A program made the position numbers and the translations under genes. Below the pieces are notes generated by a model that saw nothing but the letters and a program-made list of their open reading frames with translations, ran no database searches and was not told the DNA's origin. Source: an uncultured Thermodesulfobacteriota bacterium (GTDB lineage: Bacteria; Desulfobacterota; BSN033; WVXP01). Taken from it: a stretch of 64,000 bases of DNA. Each line of letters begins with the position of its first letter. The first letter of the stretch is position 1. Shown piece after piece: positions 60,082 through 64,000 of the stretch. The stretch is taken from positions 1,703 to 65,702 of the forward strand of contig CAYFYO010000005.1 of assembly GCA_964347335.1 (NCBI GenBank), in the 5' to 3' direction.

Positions 60082-61512
60082 ATGGAAAAACAAGACATCA
60101 TCAAACCCTGCCTCACCCTCCTCAATGACCGCCAGATAGAGAGAATCCACTCTGATTCACTGAGGATTCTTTCTTCGGTCGGGGTTCGGGTTGACTCGAA
60201 AAAGGGCAGGCAGGTCTTTGCCAAGGCGATTGGGTCGAAAGCCATGGGGGACGAAATCGTCCGCATACCACCCGAACTGGTTGAGGAGGCCCTGAAACTG
60301 GTACCCACCTCAGTGGAAATTCACGATCGAAAAGGTGTCCACTCCTTCCGGCTACCCGGTGACACCCGTTTCGGAATCGGTGTGACTGCCCTTTACTACC
60401 AGGACCCCGAAACCGAAAAACTAAAGCCCTTTGCCCGGCAGCATATGGAGCTCATTGTTCGGCTGGGAAGTATTCTGTCGAACTTCGATTTCATCTCCAC
60501 GCCTGGTGTTCTTCGGGATGTTCCCGTGGAGGTTGCAGACCTGTATGCGGTTCTGGAGATGATGGCCAATACAGTCAAACCCTTGATCATTCTCGCCTCC
60601 GATGACGACGCCCTCCCGGGTGCATTTGATCTCCTGGAGTATCTCCACGGCGACCTCACGTCGAAACCTTTTGTTATCCCCTATTTCAACCCGATCACCC
60701 CCCTGGTAATCGACCGGGGAACGACCGATAAAATAATGGTGACGATTGAACGAGGTCTGCCATTCATTTACTCGAATTATGGCATGGCAGGGGGAAGCAC
60801 ACCGATCACACCGACCGGAGCACTCACGCTCCTAAACGCCGAGTTGCTGGCCGGCCTCACCCTCAGCCAGTTGATCAAAGAGGGCACGCCTATGATCCTT
60901 GGCAGTTTGCCCGGTTTTCTGGATATGAAAGGGGGCGGAGTAAACTTCTATGACGCAACCAGCTACCTCACAGGCCTTGCCTGCTCGGAGATGATGTCTT
61001 TTTATCGTCTCCCTCACTTCGGAACCTCAGGGAGTGGCATGGGATGGGGGGCGGACGTGATCGCAGCCGGTCACCAATGGTTGAACCATCTGGTCAGTTG
61101 TATGGGCCAGGTGGGATTGGTGGCCTTTGTTGGCGACCTTTTTGGCGGCAAGGCATTCTCACCGAATGTTATTGTCTACGCGAACGAGGTGATTGAACAG
61201 GCCCGTCGATTTGCCAGAGGGTTTGAAATGGATGACAGTGATCTCCTGTTGGATGAGATCGCTCAGGCAGGTCCAGGGGGTTCCTTCCTGACTTCTGATC
61301 TCACGCTCCGACGCTTTCGCCAGGCCTACTTCGAGAGTGAGATCTTCCCTCATTTAGCCCTGGAAGCGTGGCAGGAGAGAGGTTGTCCCAGAGCTGATGA
61401 CGCTCTGAAGCGCTACACAAAACGATTAATCTCTGATCTGGAGCCACCCAGGGATCATTCAGAACTCATGGCCAAGGGGGAAGCATTTATCCATAACCTC
61501 GTCGCCAGATAG
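60082..61512 (+). CDS. MttB-superfamily methyltransferase (no in-frame TAG, non-pyrrolysine type)
   Basis: 476 aa. LNDRQIERIHSDSLRILSSVGVRV N-terminus, TIM-barrel-length protein, C-terminus FLTSDLTLRRFRQAYFES. Confidence 0.8.
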   Translation: MEKQDIIKPCLTLLNDRQIERIHSDSLRILSSVGVRVDSKKGRQVFAKAIGSKAMGDEIVRIPPELVEEALKLVPTSVEIHDRKGVHSFRLPGDTRFGIGVTALYYQDPETEKLKPFARQHMELIVRLGSILSNFDFISTPGVLRDVPVEVADLYAVLEMMANTVKPLIILASDDDALPGAFDLLEYLHGDLTSKPFVIPYFNPITPLVIDRGTTDKIMVTIERGLPFIYSNYGMAGGSTPITPTGALTLLNAELLAGLTLSQLIKEGTPMILGSLPGFLDMKGGGVNFYDATSYLTGLACSEMMSFYRLPHFGTSGSGMGWGADVIAAGHQWLNHLVSCMGQVGLVAFVGDLFGGKAFSPNVIVYANEVIEQARRFARGFEMDDSDLLLDEIAQAGPGGSFLTSDLTLRRFRQAYFESEIFPHLALEAWQERGCPRADDALKRYTKRLISDLEPPRDHSELMAKGEAFIHNLVAR

Positions 61513-61569
61513 AGATCGGGCCCTCACGACCGAGGCAGGGATCTGGATGGATCGGTGGCACTCTGGTCA

Positions 61570-62043
61570 TCACGGATCGTTTCTCATACGCCTGCGGCCT
61601 CGTTGTGCCCCATAGCCCCTGGCATACCCTCGGTCGCTCTCTGCTCTGTGGATGTTCGCACGCTTGCAAGCGGGACATCCCTCCGGCCTCCCTGTCCCGT
61701 AGGGGATCTCCCACACATGCTGACAATCGTAGCATTTGAATTTCCTCAACGGTGTCATTTCAATATCACCCCCTTCAATTTTCACGGCCTTCCCCTTGAC
61801 AAAGGCGTCAGCCACTTTCCTGTGGGCAGACTGAACGATTCGACCAAATGTCTGGCGGGAGACACCCATCTTTGCCGCAGCCTGCTCTTGATAGAGACCC
61901 TCAAGATCAGCGAGTCTCATCGCCTCAAATTCGTCGAGTGTGAGGATGACTTCTTCAAGTTGGGAGAGGGGGATTCCCCTGGGTTTGAAATATTTGCTCC
62001 CTGGCCGAGAGTTGACTCGTCTACATTGCCTCGGTCTGACCAT
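61570..62043 (-). CDS. DUF134 (UPF0251) DNA-binding protein with C-terminal zinc ribbon
   Basis: 157 aa. YFKPRGIPL....V.L..DEFEA.RL.D.EGL.QE.AA..MGVSRQTF.R, then CYDC..CPAC. Confidence 0.8.
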   Translation of the reverse strand: MVRPRQCRRVNSRPGSKYFKPRGIPLSQLEEVILTLDEFEAMRLADLEGLYQEQAAAKMGVSRQTFGRIVQSAHRKVADAFVKGKAVKIEGGDIEMTPLRKFKCYDCQHVWEIPYGTGRPEGCPACKRANIHRAESDRGYARGYGAQRGRRRMRNDP

Positions 62044-62281
62044 AACATCCTCCAGCTCTTATTATAAGCATATGCTCATTATTAGTCGAGTGCCCAGGAG
62101 AATCGCGATTTGTCTATCCCCCTGGCATTTGTTAGAATCAGGACGAAAACCACGGGACAGTGAGGATTTCGGTGTTATTCCCAAATCTGAGAGCCTTTGA
62201 TCAATGATGGGGAAATGCCACCGGGGGCCCGGACGACTCACCGCTCAGATTTCGAGCAATCCTTGCTTGGAGTCATGATCA

Positions 62282-62761
62282 ATGGAGATTCATTATCGGC
62301 CAATTGGTATAATCCATAGTCCCTTCGAAGATATCTCAGGCATGCCAATCCAGCCGACAGCGGCTTTAGGCATTCAGGGGACTGTTGAGATTCTGCCTGA
62401 ATTTGTTAAGGGATTGAGGGATCTCGAGGGCTTTTCCCATATTATCCTCGTCTACCACTTCCATCGGGTCAAGGAGTGCGAACTGATCGTCACACCGTTT
62501 ATGGACTCGCGTCCCCACGGCGTCTTCTCCACGAGAGCACCAAAGCGACCCAACCCCATTGGATTATCGATTGTGAAACTGCTCGGCATCGAGCAGACCA
62601 TCCTGACCATTGAGAATGTGGACATTTTAGACGGAACCCCACTGCTGGATATCAAGCCCTATGTCCTGGAGTTTGATCAGCATCCGGCTGACCGTTTTGG
62701 CTGGCTGGAACGGACCAAAAGAGAAGTCAGGGGCAAACGGTCGGACAACAGGTTTCGATAA
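62282..62761 (+). CDS. trmO: tRNA (t6A37-N6)-methyltransferase TrmO/TsaA
   Basis: 159 aa. IGIIHSPF, FSHIILVYHFH, GVFSTRAPKRPNPIGLSIVKL and ILDGTPLLDIKPY. Confidence 0.88.
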   Translation: MEIHYRPIGIIHSPFEDISGMPIQPTAALGIQGTVEILPEFVKGLRDLEGFSHIILVYHFHRVKECELIVTPFMDSRPHGVFSTRAPKRPNPIGLSIVKLLGIEQTILTIENVDILDGTPLLDIKPYVLEFDQHPADRFGWLERTKREVRGKRSDNRFR

Positions 62762-63157
62762 GGCCAGTCGCACGCATTCACCTCACCTGCACGATCCTGA
62801 TATCTGGCGCCATCGACCGTATCAAGTACGCCTGCCCGTTTCGTCCGCAGGGAAGGCTCGATCCAATCTTCCTTTTCATCTCAGGGTCCATGGGAAACGA
62901 TTGAGGGAGGAATCCCAAGGATACCTGGAAACCTCATCACCGATAGCGTCCAGATTTCTTCGACCAAAGTCCGCGTGGCTTCATGTTTTTCAGAGATCTA
63001 AGATATACTGATAGGAGCAAGAGTGACGGGGTGGCTGAAATTGAGGGATACACCGTCACGATTCATAATGAATCTATTCTAAACTCTGACTTCCGACTCC
63101 TGTCGTCTGACCTTATGTTCTCGATGCAGGTAGAACGAGCCCCGAGAGTTTTGGAGC

Positions 63158-63835
63158 ATGTATTCTGTACTTCAAATCCTTTCCGTATTTGTATTTCTCG
63201 TGCCTGCCTCCATTTCCTCCTGGACCGCGTCGGATATTGAGAGCCTGTTGAAACGGATGGAGGCGGCATATGAGGGGGTCAGAGATTACCAGGCACACCT
63301 GGAGACCAAGACCCAAACAGAGGATGATGCAGTCGAGATCAAAAAGGCCCTTTACACCTTCAAGAAGCCTCACCATATTCGCATCGATTTCGAGTCGCCC
63401 TATCCGGGAGCGGTCCTGATTTATCCTGACAAGAACGGAAAGGTCGTGATACGTCCATCCGGATGGGCTCGCTTTTTCAGATTTCGGTTGACTCCGGAGG
63501 CCTTTCTCCTGCAGGTCTCCCCGGGTCAGCGAATCGATCAGACCGACCTCGGGCTCCTGATCAAAAACATCTCCCATAGCGTCACGGTCCGACGTCGTGG
63601 CGATTTGAAGGTTACACAGGGCGAGGAACACATTCGGATCGATGTTCTGGCTGATGACCATTTCCGCGAGGGGGTTGTAACACGGTACCAATTTCTCATC
63701 GATACGAGGCTTTGGCTTCCCGTGGCGGTCATCGAATCAACGCAAGACGGAAGTCTCGAACGAGAGATATTCTTTCGCGGCCTCAGGGTGAATATCGGTG
63801 TTCCAGATAGTCTGTTCGGAACTGAGGGAGATTAA
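63158..63835 (+). CDS. LolA-like / outer-membrane lipoprotein-sorting fold protein
   Basis: 225 aa with a signal peptide. Pattern L..M...Y..V.DY.A......Q........K..Y.FKKP...RIDF. Family call is tentative. Confidence 0.5.
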   Translation: MYSVLQILSVFVFLVPASISSWTASDIESLLKRMEAAYEGVRDYQAHLETKTQTEDDAVEIKKALYTFKKPHHIRIDFESPYPGAVLIYPDKNGKVVIRPSGWARFFRFRLTPEAFLLQVSPGQRIDQTDLGLLIKNISHSVTVRRRGDLKVTQGEEHIRIDVLADDHFREGVVTRYQFLIDTRLWLPVAVIESTQDGSLEREIFFRGLRVNIGVPDSLFGTEGD

Positions 63836-63856
63836 CCATTTGGCATGAGGGAACCC

Positions 63857-64000
63857 ATGGACAGCCGGGCTACTGACAGAGGATCCGAGTGGTTTGTCCC
63901 CAAGTTTGGTCCCATGAGATTTCGATTCCTCGTGGGCCTCCTTTTTCTGCCCTATACGGGAATGGTTCTCGCCTTTACCGTAATCGGTTCCATGGTTGCC
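63857..64000 (+). CDS. Membrane protein, N-terminal fragment (runs off the window)
   Basis: Open frame MDSRATDRGSEWFVPKFGPMRFRFLVGLLFLPYTGMVLAFTVIGSMVA with a hydrophobic segment. Identity unknown; an alternative ATG lies at 63845. Confidence 0.4.
   Translation, partial: MDSRATDRGSEWFVPKFGPMRFRFLVGLLFLPYTGMVLAFTVIGSMVA

Overview
Bacterial chromosomal segment, densely coding on both strands. No rRNA, tRNA, CRISPR array or transposase/integrase gene was recognised. Product calls rest on motifs read from the supplied translations, not on a database search. Order of content: (1) rplA(3' end)-rplJ-rplL-rpoB-rpoC. (2) A PAS histidine kinase/receiver pair. (3) A cobalamin riboswitch followed by exbB-exbD-tonB-btuF-btuC-btuD, with a repeat element between btuC and btuD. 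(4) Housekeeping genes: parvulin PPIase, RRM protein, rpsU, mgtE, mltA, PilZ, FmdB zinc ribbon, CelD-like GNAT plus GT4. (5) A minus-strand operon of receiver/RsbW-like kinase, MrfA(YprA)-like DUF1998 helicase and MrfB(YprB)-like exonuclease. (6) MerR. (7) Archease and RtcB, separated by about 700 nt of hairpin-rich non-coding DNA. RtcB is interrupted only by a TGA at the conserved metal-ligand Cys position, with an fdhF-like SECIS hairpin just downstream, so it is a candidate selenoprotein. (8) nth and a VOC protein. (9) A kinase/NtrC-type activator pair with a candidate sigma-54 promoter, feeding a full Tad/Flp pilus locus (flp, cpaB, cpaC, tadE/G, tadZ, tadA, tadB, tadC, TPR) that has no prepilin peptidase. 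(10) Two uncharacterised ATPases (wHTH-AAA+, and ExeA-like with TM and NTF2-like domains behind a sigma-54 promoter) next to a family-B DNA polymerase. (11) A non-Pyl MttB-family methyltransferase, DUF134, trmO and a LolA-like protein. Short species-specific repeat families recur in the intergenic regions.
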